Source of the DNA: Nitrospirae bacterium CG2_30_70_394
GTDB lineage: Bacteria; CG2-30-53-67; CG2-30-70-394
Length of the DNA: 47,205 bases
NCBI GenBank assembly: GCA_001873295.1
Contig: MNYW01000026.1
Location: 1-47,205, forward strand
Direction of reading: 5' to 3'
Part shown: positions 27,690-37,838 of the stretch, piece by piece
Layout of the letters: every line of letters starts with the position of its first letter
Position numbering within the stretch: position 1 is the first letter of the stretch
Translations under genes and position numbers: made by a program
The notes under the pieces: generated by a model
Database searches by the model: none
Seen by the model: only the letters and a program-made list of their open reading frames with translations
What the model was told of the DNA's origin: nothing

Positions 27690-28904
27690 TTGATGGCCAC
27701 CACCCAGACCCCTGCCCCCCCGCGTCGCATCTACATGGACCACGCGGCCACCGCCCGCCCCCTGCCCGAGGTGGTGGCGGCGATGCTCCCGTACCTGGCG
27801 GAGGAGTACGGCAGCCCGCAGTCGTTCCACCGCCAAGGCAGCGGTCCGGCCCACGCCCTCAAGCGGGCGCGCGAGCAGGTGGGGGGTCTGATCGGGGCGC
27901 CGGCGAGCCAGATCACCTTCACCAGCGGCGGCATCGAGGCGAACAACCTGGCGGTGAAGGGGGCGGCGCTGGCGTATGAGCGGCGCGGCAAGCACATCGT
28001 CACCACCGAGGTGGAGCACTACTCGGTCCACCACTCGGTGAAGTTTCTGGAGAAGCTTGGCTTCGAGACCACCTTGGTGAAGGTCGACGGCTACGGCCGG
28101 GTCGACCCGCAGGCGGTGGTCGACGCCCTGCGCGACGACACGATCTTGGTGAGCGTGCAGCTTGCTAACCAAGAGGTGGGGACCCTTCAGCCGGTGGCTG
28201 AGGTGGCCCGCCTGGTGAAGGCGCACAACAAGCAGATCATCGTCCACACCGACGCCACCTACGCGGTAGGGCAGATCCCGGTGGACGTGGCCACCCTCGG
28301 CGTCGACCTCCTCTCCCTCACCGCCCATCGCTTCTACGGCCCGAAGGGGGCCGGCGCCTTGTACGCCGGCAAGGGGGTGCGCCTGACGCCGCTGATCCAC
28401 GGCGGGGTGCAGGAGAACGGCAAGCGCGCCGGCACCGAGAATGTCCCGGCGATTGTCGGCCTCGGGGTCGCCGCTGAGCGCGCCGCCGCGGAGATGGAGG
28501 CGCGGGTCGAGAAGGTCCGCGGCCTGCGCGATCGGCTGGAGCGTGGCCTCCTCGAACGGATCGAAAACGTGCAGGTGAATGGCCACCCCAGCGAGCGGCT
28601 GCCCGGCTACCTCGACCTCTCCATCGAGGGGATTGAGGGGGAGGGGACCTTGGTACGCCTCGACCTCGACGGCATTGCCGTCGCCTCGGGCTCGGCGTGC
28701 GCCTCCATGGCCCTGAAGGGGTCGCCGGTGCTGCACGCGATCGGCGTCGACGAGGTCCTCGCCCAGGGCTCCATCCTCATCACCCTCGGGATCGACAACA
28801 CCGACGCCGACATCGACGACGCCCTGGAGGAGATCCCCAAGGTGGTGGCGACCCTGCGCGCCATGTCGCCTATCTACGGCAAGCGGAAGCACTACTTCCG
28901 CTGA
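27690..28904 (+). CDS. IscS/NifS-family (class V aminotransferase fold) protein lacking the PLP-binding lysine
   Basis: Motifs seen: [38 protein letters not shown], and the persulfide loop ASGSACAS. Where the family has S-G-H-K-I/V-Y-GPKG, this protein has [10 protein letters not shown] (Arg codon cgc at 28329-28331). Confidence 0.85.
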   Translation: MMATTQTPAPPRRIYMDHAATARPLPEVVAAMLPYLAEEYGSPQSFHRQGSGPAHALKRAREQVGGLIGAPASQITFTSGGIEANNLAVKGAALAYERRGKHIVTTEVEHYSVHHSVKFLEKLGFETTLVKVDGYGRVDPQAVVDALRDDTILVSVQLANQEVGTLQPVAEVARLVKAHNKQIIVHTDATYAVGQIPVDVATLGVDLLSLTAHRFYGPKGAGALYAGKGVRLTPLIHGGVQENGKRAGTENVPAIVGLGVAAERAAAEMEARVEKVRGLRDRLERGLLERIENVQVNGHPSERLPGYLDLSIEGIEGEGTLVRLDLDGIAVASGSACASMALKGSPVLHAIGVDEVLAQGSILITLGIDNTDADIDDALEEIPKVVATLRAMSPIYGKRKHYFR

Positions 28905-29107
28905 CCGCGCCCCTGGACTCGGGATGACCACGATGCAGACCACAGAAAAACGGCTGGCCGACCGCCGGCGTCTTCTCCACCCACCGGGAGGAGCGGGCTC
29001 CTACCCGCCCCCCCTGGCCGCCGCTGGCTGGTCGGGCCTGTTGCGCCGGCAGGAGCCGGCTCTTCCCTGAACGAGATCCACCCTCCCTAACCCCCAAGGA
29101 GTCCCCC

Positions 29108-29515
29108 ATGCAGCACACCGACTACAGTGCCAAGGTGATCGACCACTTCATGAACCCCCGCAACATGGGCGAGCTTGCCGGGGCGAACGCCGTGGGCACG
29201 GTGGGCAGCCCCGCCTGCGGCGACATGATGGACATCTACCTGAAGGTCGAGGGCGACCAGATTGTCGACGCCTCGTTCAAGACCTTCGGCTGTACCGCCG
29301 CGATCGCGAACAGCTCGATGATGACGGAGATGGTCAAGGGAATGAGCCTCCAGGATGCGGAGAATCTGAAGAATCGCGACATCGAGGCCGCCCTCGACGG
29401 CCTCCCGCCGCACAAGATCCACTGCTCCACCCTCGCCGCCGACGCCCTCCACGAGGCGATCAAGAGCTACAAGGAGCGCCAGGGTGCGACCCAGGGCAAG
29501 GTGGCGGCGTCATGA
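29108..29515 (+). CDS. iscU: IscU/NifU-N type Fe-S scaffold
   Basis: Motifs seen: VIDHFMNPRNMG, GSPACGDMM, FKTFGCTAAIA, and LPPHKIHCSTLA. All three ligand Cys plus the Asp are present. The RBS aaggag lies before the ATG. Confidence 0.9.
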   Translation: MQHTDYSAKVIDHFMNPRNMGELAGANAVGTVGSPACGDMMDIYLKVEGDQIVDASFKTFGCTAAIANSSMMTEMVKGMSLQDAENLKNRDIEAALDGLPPHKIHCSTLAADALHEAIKSYKERQGATQGKVAAS

Positions 29516-29757
29516 GCGAGGCCCCGCTCGCGGTGGACGGCGAGCTCGACACCTTCGGCATGTGCTGCCCGATGCCCATCTACGCCACCTCCCAGAAGTT
29601 GAAGGAGCTGGCCGCCGGGCAGGTACTCAAGGTCTCCTCCGACGACCCGGGGTTCCTCAAGGACCTGCCGGCGTGGTGCAAGCAGACCGGCAACCCGTGT
29701 TTGCGGATCGGTGAAGAGGAGTCCGGGGAGTACGTGGGGTACGTGTGCAAGCAATAG
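29512..29757 (+). CDS. tusA: TusA/SirA-family sulfurtransferase
   Basis: An 81-aa protein with the motif LDTFGMCCPMPI (CPxP). The ATG overlaps the iscU stop (ATGA), indicating translational coupling. Confidence 0.85.
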   Translation: MSEAPLAVDGELDTFGMCCPMPIYATSQKLKELAAGQVLKVSSDDPGFLKDLPAWCKQTGNPCLRIGEEESGEYVGYVCKQ

Positions 29758-29844
29758 CTTTATTCACCCGCCTGGCTCCTCTACCCTCCCCGGGCCGCAC
29801 ATCGCGCGCAAGCGATGGCTCGAAACCTACAGGAGGTGTCCACG

Positions 29845-30219
29845 GTGGAAGCTCAGAAGAAGGTGCTCATCATCCAGACCAGCGGCCTGAAGACACCCGA
29901 GCGGATTCCCGCCCCCTTCTTCATCGCCACCACCGCCGCGGCGATGGACATGGACGCCACCGTGGTCTTCACCATGCAGGGCGCCTCCATTGTCCGGAAG
30001 GGTGCCGCGGAGCGGACCCGGATCAAGGAGGGTGGGGCCACCATCGCCTCCTTCCTAGACCAGGCGATCGAGAGCGGGGTGAAGCTGATGGTGTGTCATC
30101 AGGCCCTGGACTTGGTGGGGATGGAGCCGGACGACTGCATCGAGGCGGTGCAGGAGGTGGTCGGCGCCGCCGCGATGCTCGACATGGCGCTCGAGTCGGA
30201 CATCGTCCTCACCTTCTGA
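29845..30219 (+). CDS. DsrE/DsrF/TusD-family sulfur-relay protein
   Basis: The protein has the family-typical start KKVLIIQTSG, then PFFIATTAAAMDMD, and the conserved-position Cys in LMVCHQALDLVG. GTG at 29845 lies 8 nt after aggagg. The ORF is also open from ATG 29815. Confidence 0.75.
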   Translation: MEAQKKVLIIQTSGLKTPERIPAPFFIATTAAAMDMDATVVFTMQGASIVRKGAAERTRIKEGGATIASFLDQAIESGVKLMVCHQALDLVGMEPDDCIEAVQEVVGAAAMLDMALESDIVLTF

Positions 30220-30291
30220 CGATCGCGCTCGCGCCGCGGGGCAGCTCAAGCGGGCGAAGCGTCGCGTGGGCCCCGCGGGCAGGCAAAAGCG

Positions 30292-30687
30292 GTGGACCAC
30301 CACCACGTCGCCATCGCCCTAATCAGTCGCCACGGCCGCTGGCTGGTGCAGCAGCGGCGCGCCGGCGTCCCTCTCGCTGGGAGCTGGGAGTTTCCTGGCG
30401 GCAAGGTGGAGGCGGGCGAGAGTGGGGCGACCGCCCTCCTGCGTGAGGTGATGGAGGAGGTCGGGATGGCGGTGACGATCGACCGCGCCCTACCTCCGCT
30501 GACCCACGACTACGCCGACCGGCGGGTCACCCTCCACCCCTTCGTCTGCACTGCCACCGATGCGCCGGTGGCGTGCGAGGGCCAGCTCCTCCGCTGGGTG
30601 ACGGCGGAGGAGCTGGCCAACCTAGAGATCCCGGCCGCGAACCGCGCCCTCCTTTCCCACCTGCAAGCAGGGGAGGGCGCGCGCTAA
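30292..30687 (+). CDS. NUDIX hydrolase (MutT-like)
   Basis: The Nudix box is GSWEFPGGKVEAGESGATALLREVMEEVG. Length is 131 aa. The start is GTG. Confidence 0.8.
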   Translation: MDHHHVAIALISRHGRWLVQQRRAGVPLAGSWEFPGGKVEAGESGATALLREVMEEVGMAVTIDRALPPLTHDYADRRVTLHPFVCTATDAPVACEGQLLRWVTAEELANLEIPAANRALLSHLQAGEGAR

Positions 30688-30694
30688 CAGGCGC

Positions 30695-31414
30695 CTACTC
30701 CGCCTGCCCGGCCGGTGGCTCGGCGGCGTCATCGACCATCGGCGCCTCTTCGTTCATCCCCTGCTCGCCCGCACCCTCCAGGGGCGCCGCCGGGGCGCTC
30801 GGCGCCTCGCTCGACTCCACCTTCACCTCCGCCTTCTCGACGATCGCGTCGTAGTGGTACCCCATGCCGAGGTCCTTGTCGCTGGCGAGGGTGCCCACCA
30901 CCAGGACCGTGTCGCCGACCTTGGTGGAGGCGTCGCTGGTGATCACCAGGTCATTCGTCCCGTTGTCCCCGGTGCCGTCTTGGATGTGGTACCAGTTGGT
31001 CCCCATCACCCCCTGCATCGCCTTCACCACCTTGCCGCGCACGGTGACGCTCTTGCCGGCGAGATCGGTCCGCTGGGCGAAGATGTCACGGACGGTGAGG
31101 CCGCCCTCGGCGGGCGTGATCGAGCCGGGGGCGACGGTCACTGAGGCTGGGGTGGACTCCTGTGCCGGGTGCATCCCCGGGGCCATGACGCCCGGAGCGC
31201 CGGCGGCGGGCGCGGTGTTCGGCAGGGTGTTCACCTGCGCCGGCGGGGTCGGGGCGGCGGGGGTGGCCGGAATGACCGGGGCTTCCATCGCCTCGGGTGG
31301 CTCGGCCGTGGGGGTCGAGCCACCCTCAACCTCCTCCTTGGAGGGGACACCACGGTTACAGGCGGTGGCGAGGGTGAAGGTGAGGGCGAGCAAGAGGAGA
31401 GCGAGACGAGTCAC
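30695..31414 (-). CDS. Hypothetical lipoprotein with a P/A-rich linker and an OB-fold-like C-terminal domain
   Basis: GTG at 31414 lies 7 nt after ggagg. The lipobox is LALLLLALTFTLATAC. The C-terminal segment is KSVTVRGKVVKAM...WYHIQDGTG...GDTVLVVGTL. The family is not identified. Confidence 0.6.
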   Translation of the reverse strand: MTRLALLLLALTFTLATACNRGVPSKEEVEGGSTPTAEPPEAMEAPVIPATPAAPTPPAQVNTLPNTAPAAGAPGVMAPGMHPAQESTPASVTVAPGSITPAEGGLTVRDIFAQRTDLAGKSVTVRGKVVKAMQGVMGTNWYHIQDGTGDNGTNDLVITSDASTKVGDTVLVVGTLASDKDLGMGYHYDAIVEKAEVKVESSEAPSAPAAPLEGAGEQGMNEEAPMVDDAAEPPAGQAE

Positions 31415-31517
31415 GGGGAACCTCCAGGGACGTGGTGAAAACGATAGGTTGTGTGCGAGAGTGCACCGAGCAGGGGCGCAGGTTACCGCCGGCAATAAAA
31501 GTCCATCAAGGCCACCC

Positions 31518-32126
31518 ATGACACCGATCTCATCCCCCTTCCCGTCCCGCCTTCGCCGGTGGTTTTTCCTCCTCACCCTCCTCGCCGTTGCCCCCGGCTG
31601 CGGCTACAACGCGATCATCACCCACGACGAGGCGGTGAAGCAGGCGTGGGCGGACGTGGAGGCGACCTACCAGCGGCGTTCCGACCTTATCCCCAATCTG
31701 GTGCAGACGGTGAAGGGGTACGCCGCCCACGAGCGCGAGACCCTGGAGGCGGTGACCGAGGCCCGTGCCCAGGTGGGACAGGTGAAGGTGAGCGCCGAGG
31801 AGCTCTCCGACCCGGCGAAGGTGGCCGCCTTCCAGTCCGCCCAGGCGGGGATGGGCTCCGCCCTGGCGCGCCTGTTGGTGGTCGCCGAGCGCTACCCGGA
31901 GCTGAAGGCGGACGCCAACTTCCGCGACCTCCAGCACCAACTCGAGGGGACGGAGAACCGAATCAACGTCGCCCGCCAGCGGTACAACCAGGCGGTGGCC
32001 ACCTTCAACGCCGCGATCCGCACCTTTCCGAACAACCTCACCAATCGCCTCCTCCTCCACCTCACCGCCAAGGAGGGGTTCAAGGCGGAACCCGGTGCGG
32101 AGGTGGCGCCGAAGGTGACGTTCTAG
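31518..32126 (+). CDS. lemA: LemA family protein
   Basis: An N-terminal anchor and lipobox-like LLAVAPGCGYN is followed by the conserved LemA blocks AWADVEATYQRRSDLIPNLV, ERYPELKADANFRDLQ and RQRYNQAV..FN..IRTFP. Confidence 0.88.
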   Translation: MTPISSPFPSRLRRWFFLLTLLAVAPGCGYNAIITHDEAVKQAWADVEATYQRRSDLIPNLVQTVKGYAAHERETLEAVTEARAQVGQVKVSAEELSDPAKVAAFQSAQAGMGSALARLLVVAERYPELKADANFRDLQHQLEGTENRINVARQRYNQAVATFNAAIRTFPNNLTNRLLLHLTAKEGFKAEPGAEVAPKVTF

Positions 32127-32376
32127 CCAGCGCGCCGCGCCCCCACGGGTGGGTCGCGCACCGGATGGAGTGGATGGGTCCGGCAAGCGCCCGCGTGCGG
32201 TGCGCGGGGCGCGCCTCTCCTTGCGGCTGGCGATTGCGGCGCAACGCCACGGGGGGAGCGGCGGGGGTGACCGTCAACGGTCCGCCGGGTGATCTGCCGG
32301 GCAAGCGGCGCTGGCCAGGCGCGCGCAAGCCCAACGCGACCCACCCCAAGACCCGTTGCCCCAGGCGTGCGGAGGC

Positions 32377-32823
32377 TCAGGGGGTGCTGCGATCGACCCG
32401 CTGTTGGCAGTACGCGTACAGCGCGTCGTAGACGATCCACTGGGCGGCGTTGATCTGGTGATCGTCCGCGTAGCCGAGGTGGCGAAACCCCTCGGCGATC
32501 GCCTTGAGCCCCGCGGCCTCGGGCTGGTTCCAGAGGGCATTGTCGGTATCCGCGCCGTTGACGATCTTGGCCAGCAGCACGATCGCCGGGTCCGCCATCA
32601 GGTCGTACTTCTTCACGATCGCGTCAAAGGAGCACTCCCTTCCGTGGTGGCCCAGCTCGACGCCGGCCACGTCGTAGGGGATCGCACCCTCTTGCCGCGC
32701 GACCTCCAGCACCTGCTCGGCCGGCACAAAGACGAACTCCGCCGCGGGATCGACAAACTTGGCGATCAGCCAGGGGCAGGCCACCCGGTCGACCTTGACG
32801 TGCTCGCGTGTGACCCACTTCAT
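32377..32823 (-). CDS. Chromate-resistance ChrB C-terminal-domain (Chrome_Resist) protein
   Basis: A 148-aa protein, MKWVTREHVKVDRVACPWLIAKFVDP.AEFVFVP. It parallels the segment WVDRVASAWLIQRFIDPQPRFVWL of the adjacent full-length ChrB. The RBS aaggag is present. Confidence 0.8.
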   Translation of the reverse strand: MKWVTREHVKVDRVACPWLIAKFVDPAAEFVFVPAEQVLEVARQEGAIPYDVAGVELGHHGRECSFDAIVKKYDLMADPAIVLLAKIVNGADTDNALWNQPEAAGLKAIAEGFRHLGYADDHQINAAQWIVYDALYAYCQQRVDRSTP

Positions 32824-32882
32824 GATTTGCTCCTTGGGTGGTGGGCGGGCAACCCCGCCAAGAGCGGGGCGCCGGGCGCCAC

Positions 32883-34241
32883 TCAGCCGATTAGGGTCTC
32901 GATCAAGCCGGCGGCCCCGCAGGCGCCGATCACCGGGATGATGCCGACCTTGAACCGCCACAACGCCACGAAGGCGGCGACGCTGATCGCGCCCGCGACC
33001 CACTCGAAGGGGGCCGCGAACCCCTGCGGCCAGAGGACGTGGTAGGCGAAGAAGAGCGCGAGGTTGAGCACCACCCCGACCACCGCGGCGGTGATGCCGG
33101 TCAGCGGCGCGGTGAGTTTGACCTCGTGGCGGCTTGCCTCCACCGCCGGCGCGCCGGCCAGGATGAAGAGAAACGACGGCAGGAAGGTGAAGTAGGTGGC
33201 GATTCCCGCGCCCGCGGCCCCGGCCAGGGCCAGGTGCGTGGGACCGAAGAGCGCCCGGGTCCAGCCGCCGACGTAGCCCACGAAGGCGACGATCATGATC
33301 AACGGGCCGGGGGTGGTCTCGCCGAGGGCCAGACCGTCGACCATCTGCGCGCCGGTGAGCCAGTGGAACTGCGAGACGCCGCCTTGGTAGACGTAGGGCA
33401 GGACCGCGTAGGCGCCGCCGAAGGTGACCATCGCCGCCTTGGTGAAGAACCAGCCCATCCGGGTGAGGGTGGAGTCCCCACCGTAGAGAGCCACCAGCAC
33501 CGCCATCACCCCCGCCCACAACCCGAGGCCGATGAGCAGGTAGTGGCTCAGCCGCACCCAGGAAAGGCGCGCCCGGTCCGGCAGCGGCGTGTCGTCGTCG
33601 ATGAGCGCCGGGCCGTAGCCGTTGCCCGCGAGCCCGTGGCCGCCGCCTCCGCGGAACCAGTCGGGGGCGACCTGGCCGCCGATGAAACCGATGGTCCCGG
33701 CCCCGACCACGATGGCGGGGAAGGGGACGTGGAGGGCGAAGATGGCGACGAAGGCGGCGGCCGCCATCGCCCACAAGACGCCATTCGTCAGGGTCCGGGA
33801 GCCGATGCGATAGGCGGCGAACAGGACGATGGCGGTCACCGCCGGCTTCATCCCATACAACAGGCCGGCGACCACCGGGACCTTGCCCCAGGCCAGGTAG
33901 ACCCAGGTCAGCCCCATGAGGATGAACAGGGACGGAAGGACAAAGAGCGTCCCGGCGAGGATCCCGCCCCAGGTACCGTGCATCAGCCAGCCGATGTAGG
34001 TGGCGAGCTGCTGCGCCTCCGGGCCGGGGAGGACCATCGCGTAGTTGAGGGCGTGCAGGAAGCGGCGCTCGGAGATCCAGCGGCGCCGCTCCACCAGCTC
34101 CTGGTGCATCATGCTGATCTGGCCGGCGGGGCCGCCGAAGCTGATGAACCCCAGCTTCAGCCAGTAGAGGAAGGCCGCGTGCAGGGAGACCGCGGCAGGG
34201 GTGCCACGCTCCACGGTCGCGGTGGGGTAGGGGATCGACAC
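32883..34241 (-). CDS. chrA: Chromate transporter ChrA
   Basis: A 452-aa polytopic membrane protein. The duplicated CHR motifs are FGGPAGQI...H and TFGGAYAVLPY. GTG is preceded by aaggaga. Confidence 0.9.
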   Translation of the reverse strand: MSIPYPTATVERGTPAAVSLHAAFLYWLKLGFISFGGPAGQISMMHQELVERRRWISERRFLHALNYAMVLPGPEAQQLATYIGWLMHGTWGGILAGTLFVLPSLFILMGLTWVYLAWGKVPVVAGLLYGMKPAVTAIVLFAAYRIGSRTLTNGVLWAMAAAAFVAIFALHVPFPAIVVGAGTIGFIGGQVAPDWFRGGGGHGLAGNGYGPALIDDDTPLPDRARLSWVRLSHYLLIGLGLWAGVMAVLVALYGGDSTLTRMGWFFTKAAMVTFGGAYAVLPYVYQGGVSQFHWLTGAQMVDGLALGETTPGPLIMIVAFVGYVGGWTRALFGPTHLALAGAAGAGIATYFTFLPSFLFILAGAPAVEASRHEVKLTAPLTGITAAVVGVVLNLALFFAYHVLWPQGFAAPFEWVAGAISVAAFVALWRFKVGIIPVIGACGAAGLIETLIG

Positions 34242-34254
34242 GGTGTCTCCTTGA

Positions 34255-35217
34255 TCAGGGTGAGATCAGGCCGTCGCGGCCGGTGGTGTACAGGGCGTCC
34301 AGCACCGGGGCCATGGCGGCGAGCAGGTGGTCGTCATCGGGGGCGTGCTGGCGGCAACCGGCGAGGATCGCCTCGAAGCCGGCCCCCTCCGCCACCGGCG
34401 GCCCCCCCGCGTCCAGGTAGTGGACCAGCTCCGCCAGGCGGGTGAGTCCCGGGTCGGACTCGAGACCGAAGCTCGCTATGAGCACCTCGAAGGTGACCCG
34501 CTCGCCGATGTGGGTGAAGGTGGCGCCGTCGAAGTCGAAGCCGACCACCTTCGCCGATCGGGCGGCCACCTTCTTCAGCCAGACGAACCGTGGCTGCGGG
34601 TCGATGAACCGCTGGATAAGCCAGGCGCTGGCCACCCGATCGACCCACAGCCCGGCGCGGGTTGCCCAGGTGCGACCGTGAAAGGCGGCGGGGTCGAGAC
34701 GCGCGATGGCGCCGGCGCGGGTGGCCGGCTCCTCCGGGGAGAACCACCGGTTGATGGCGCCTTCGGCGCCCGCGAGTGCCGCCGCCGCCTCCTTTTGGCT
34801 CACCGCCGGGAAGTAGTCGATGGCCGCCAGGGCCGCGGAGTCCCGCTGCAGCTTGCGCAACCGGCGGCGGGCCGCGGCCTCGCCATGGTGGGCGGCGTCG
34901 CGCCGCAAGGCGGTGGCCGCTGCGATCAACTCGCCGTACTCGCCGCCGCGCGCGAAGAGGTCACGGAGCGTCTCGTCCGTGTGGCCTTGCGGGCCAAGCT
35001 CCAGGAGGTAGGCGGTGCCCCCCTGGTCGCGCACCGCCGCCGCCTGCTCGGCGAGCGCCGCCGCCAGGGGCTCTTGCCACGGCAGGAGGTAGACCCCGTC
35101 GCGCAGCATCGCCGCCCCCAGCCCCTTGATCCCGCGCCACAACCGCACCCGCACCGCGCCCACCTCGCCCGGGAGGCGGGTGATCAGGAGGAGCCAGGTG
35201 GGGGAGGCCGCAACCAT
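34255..35217 (-). CDS. chrB: Chromate resistance regulator-like protein ChrB
   Basis: The N-terminus WLLLITRLPGEVGAVRVRLWRGIKGLGAAMLRDGVYLLP is typical of ChrB. A Chrome_Resist C-terminal domain is present. The gene sits immediately upstream of chrA. Confidence 0.85.
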   Translation of the reverse strand: MVAASPTWLLLITRLPGEVGAVRVRLWRGIKGLGAAMLRDGVYLLPWQEPLAAALAEQAAAVRDQGGTAYLLELGPQGHTDETLRDLFARGGEYGELIAAATALRRDAAHHGEAAARRRLRKLQRDSAALAAIDYFPAVSQKEAAAALAGAEGAINRWFSPEEPATRAGAIARLDPAAFHGRTWATRAGLWVDRVASAWLIQRFIDPQPRFVWLKKVAARSAKVVGFDFDGATFTHIGERVTFEVLIASFGLESDPGLTRLAELVHYLDAGGPPVAEGAGFEAILAGCRQHAPDDDHLLAAMAPVLDALYTTGRDGLISP

Positions 35218-35809
35218 GTGTTACGCATATTACAGTGTTGTTACGTCTGCACAATAATCTTCCAGGGAGGGGGCAGAGGTCGGGGCGCGGTCGCTGTTGA
35301 AGCCCCGTCCGTGCGCCGGCCGGAGGGCGGCCCCGCCCGCGCCCCGCGCGGGGGTCACAACCCGGGGCTCTCTGCCCGATCCACCGTTCGCCGGCGGCCA
35401 GCCTGGACCGTCCCGGCCGCCGCGCCGCGGGGGGGTGCAGCACACGCCCCACCGGGCGCTCAGGATCCGGCAAGGTTGTGCGCGGTCGACCCGCAACCGG
35501 CACGTGACACCCTGGCCGCACCGTGTTCGATCCGGCGGAAGATGGGCGCCTCTGTGGTCGGGCGCCGGTTCGCCGGTCGTGGCGGACAGGGATTGACCCC
35601 CGAGGGCAGCGGTGGCGCGCGGCCGCCGTCGCGCTTGGCGATCTGGCGCACCGATTTTCAGCGCGGTGGCGGCGGGCGAGCGGTGCGCCACGGTCTGGCG
35701 TGGGGAGGCGCCCCGCAACTCGGTCCGCCACCGGCGGCGGGCCGGGGCGCGGGTCAGGGGGGCGCTGGCCGCCTTCCCGGCGCGGGTGGCCGCGGACCCG
35801 TCGCGCCGC

Positions 35810-37066
<1,257 letters not shown>

Positions 37067-37120
37067 GGGGGACCGGGAGAGGGAGGCAGAGGTTGCGCCA
37101 ATCTATCGCAGATCTCGCTG

Positions 37121-37765
37121 CTACTGCTCTTCCTTCTTCGTCTCCTTCTTGCGCTCGACCACTAGGTCAACCAGGCCGTACGCCACCGCCTCCTCCGCCG
37201 ACATGAAGTTGTCGCGCTCGGTGTCGCGCTCGATCTGCTTCAGCTTCTGGCCGCTGTGGCGGGCGAGGATCTGGTTCAGGGTGTCGCGCGTCTTGAGGAT
37301 CTCCTTGGCGTGGATCTCCACGTCGGTCGCCTGCCCCTGAAAGCCCCCGAGGGGTTGATGGATCATCACCCGCGCGTGCGGCAGGCAGTGGCGCTTGCCC
37401 GGTGCCCCGGCGGCGAGGAGCACCGCCCCCATGCTCGCTGCCATGCCGATGCAGATGGTCGACACGTCGGGCTGGATGTACTGCATGGTGTCGTAGATCG
37501 CCAGCCCCGAGCTCACCATGCCGCCGGGCGAGTTGACGTAGAGGGAGATGTCCTTGGTGGGGTCGTCCGCCTCCAGGAAGAGGAGCTGGGCGATCACCGC
37601 GTTGGCGATCATGTCGTCGATCGGGGTGCCCAAAAAGACGATGCGGTCCTTGAGTAGCCGCGAGTAGATGTCGTAGGCGCGCTCTCCCCGCGGCGTCTGC
37701 TCGATCACCATCGGGATCAGGTTGGCGTGCGGGGCGGCGGGGAGGTCAGACGTGGGCCAGGCCAT
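37121..37765 (-). CDS. clpP: ATP-dependent Clp protease proteolytic subunit ClpP
   Basis: Motifs seen: [19 protein letters not shown], catalytic GMAASMGA, and MIHQPLGG. Confidence 0.95.
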   Translation of the reverse strand: MAWPTSDLPAAPHANLIPMVIEQTPRGERAYDIYSRLLKDRIVFLGTPIDDMIANAVIAQLLFLEADDPTKDISLYVNSPGGMVSSGLAIYDTMQYIQPDVSTICIGMAASMGAVLLAAGAPGKRHCLPHARVMIHQPLGGFQGQATDVEIHAKEILKTRDTLNQILARHSGQKLKQIERDTERDNFMSAEEAVAYGLVDLVVERKKETKKEEQ

Positions 37766-37838
37766 CGGGCTCTCCTAGATCAAAGGGGTCGGGCGGGGCG
37801 CATGTTCCGCCGGGAAGGCGCGGCGCCAGGGCGAGTGG

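Noticed and set aside
25668-28943. A 1091-aa minus-strand ORF that looks like a giant protein spanning the sat, rrf2 and iscS-like regions.
   Set aside because: Only the C-terminal 403 aa (from the ATG at 26879, with an AAGGAGA RBS) is ATP sulfurylase. The upstream 690 or so residues are Arg/Gly/Pro/His-rich shadow sequence antisense to well-supported plus-strand genes.
28905-29107. A hidden gene or riboswitch in the 204-bp spacer between the iscS-like gene and iscU.
   Set aside because: Only short GC hairpins (ggagc-gg-gctcc and gccggc-agga-gccggc) and a non-protein-like 82-aa antisense ORF are present. I recognise no known riboswitch core.
35263-35809. A lon pseudogene downstream of clpX.
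   Set aside because: Reading the available frames, I found no remnants of Lon Walker or protease motifs. Without blastx, the claim has no support.
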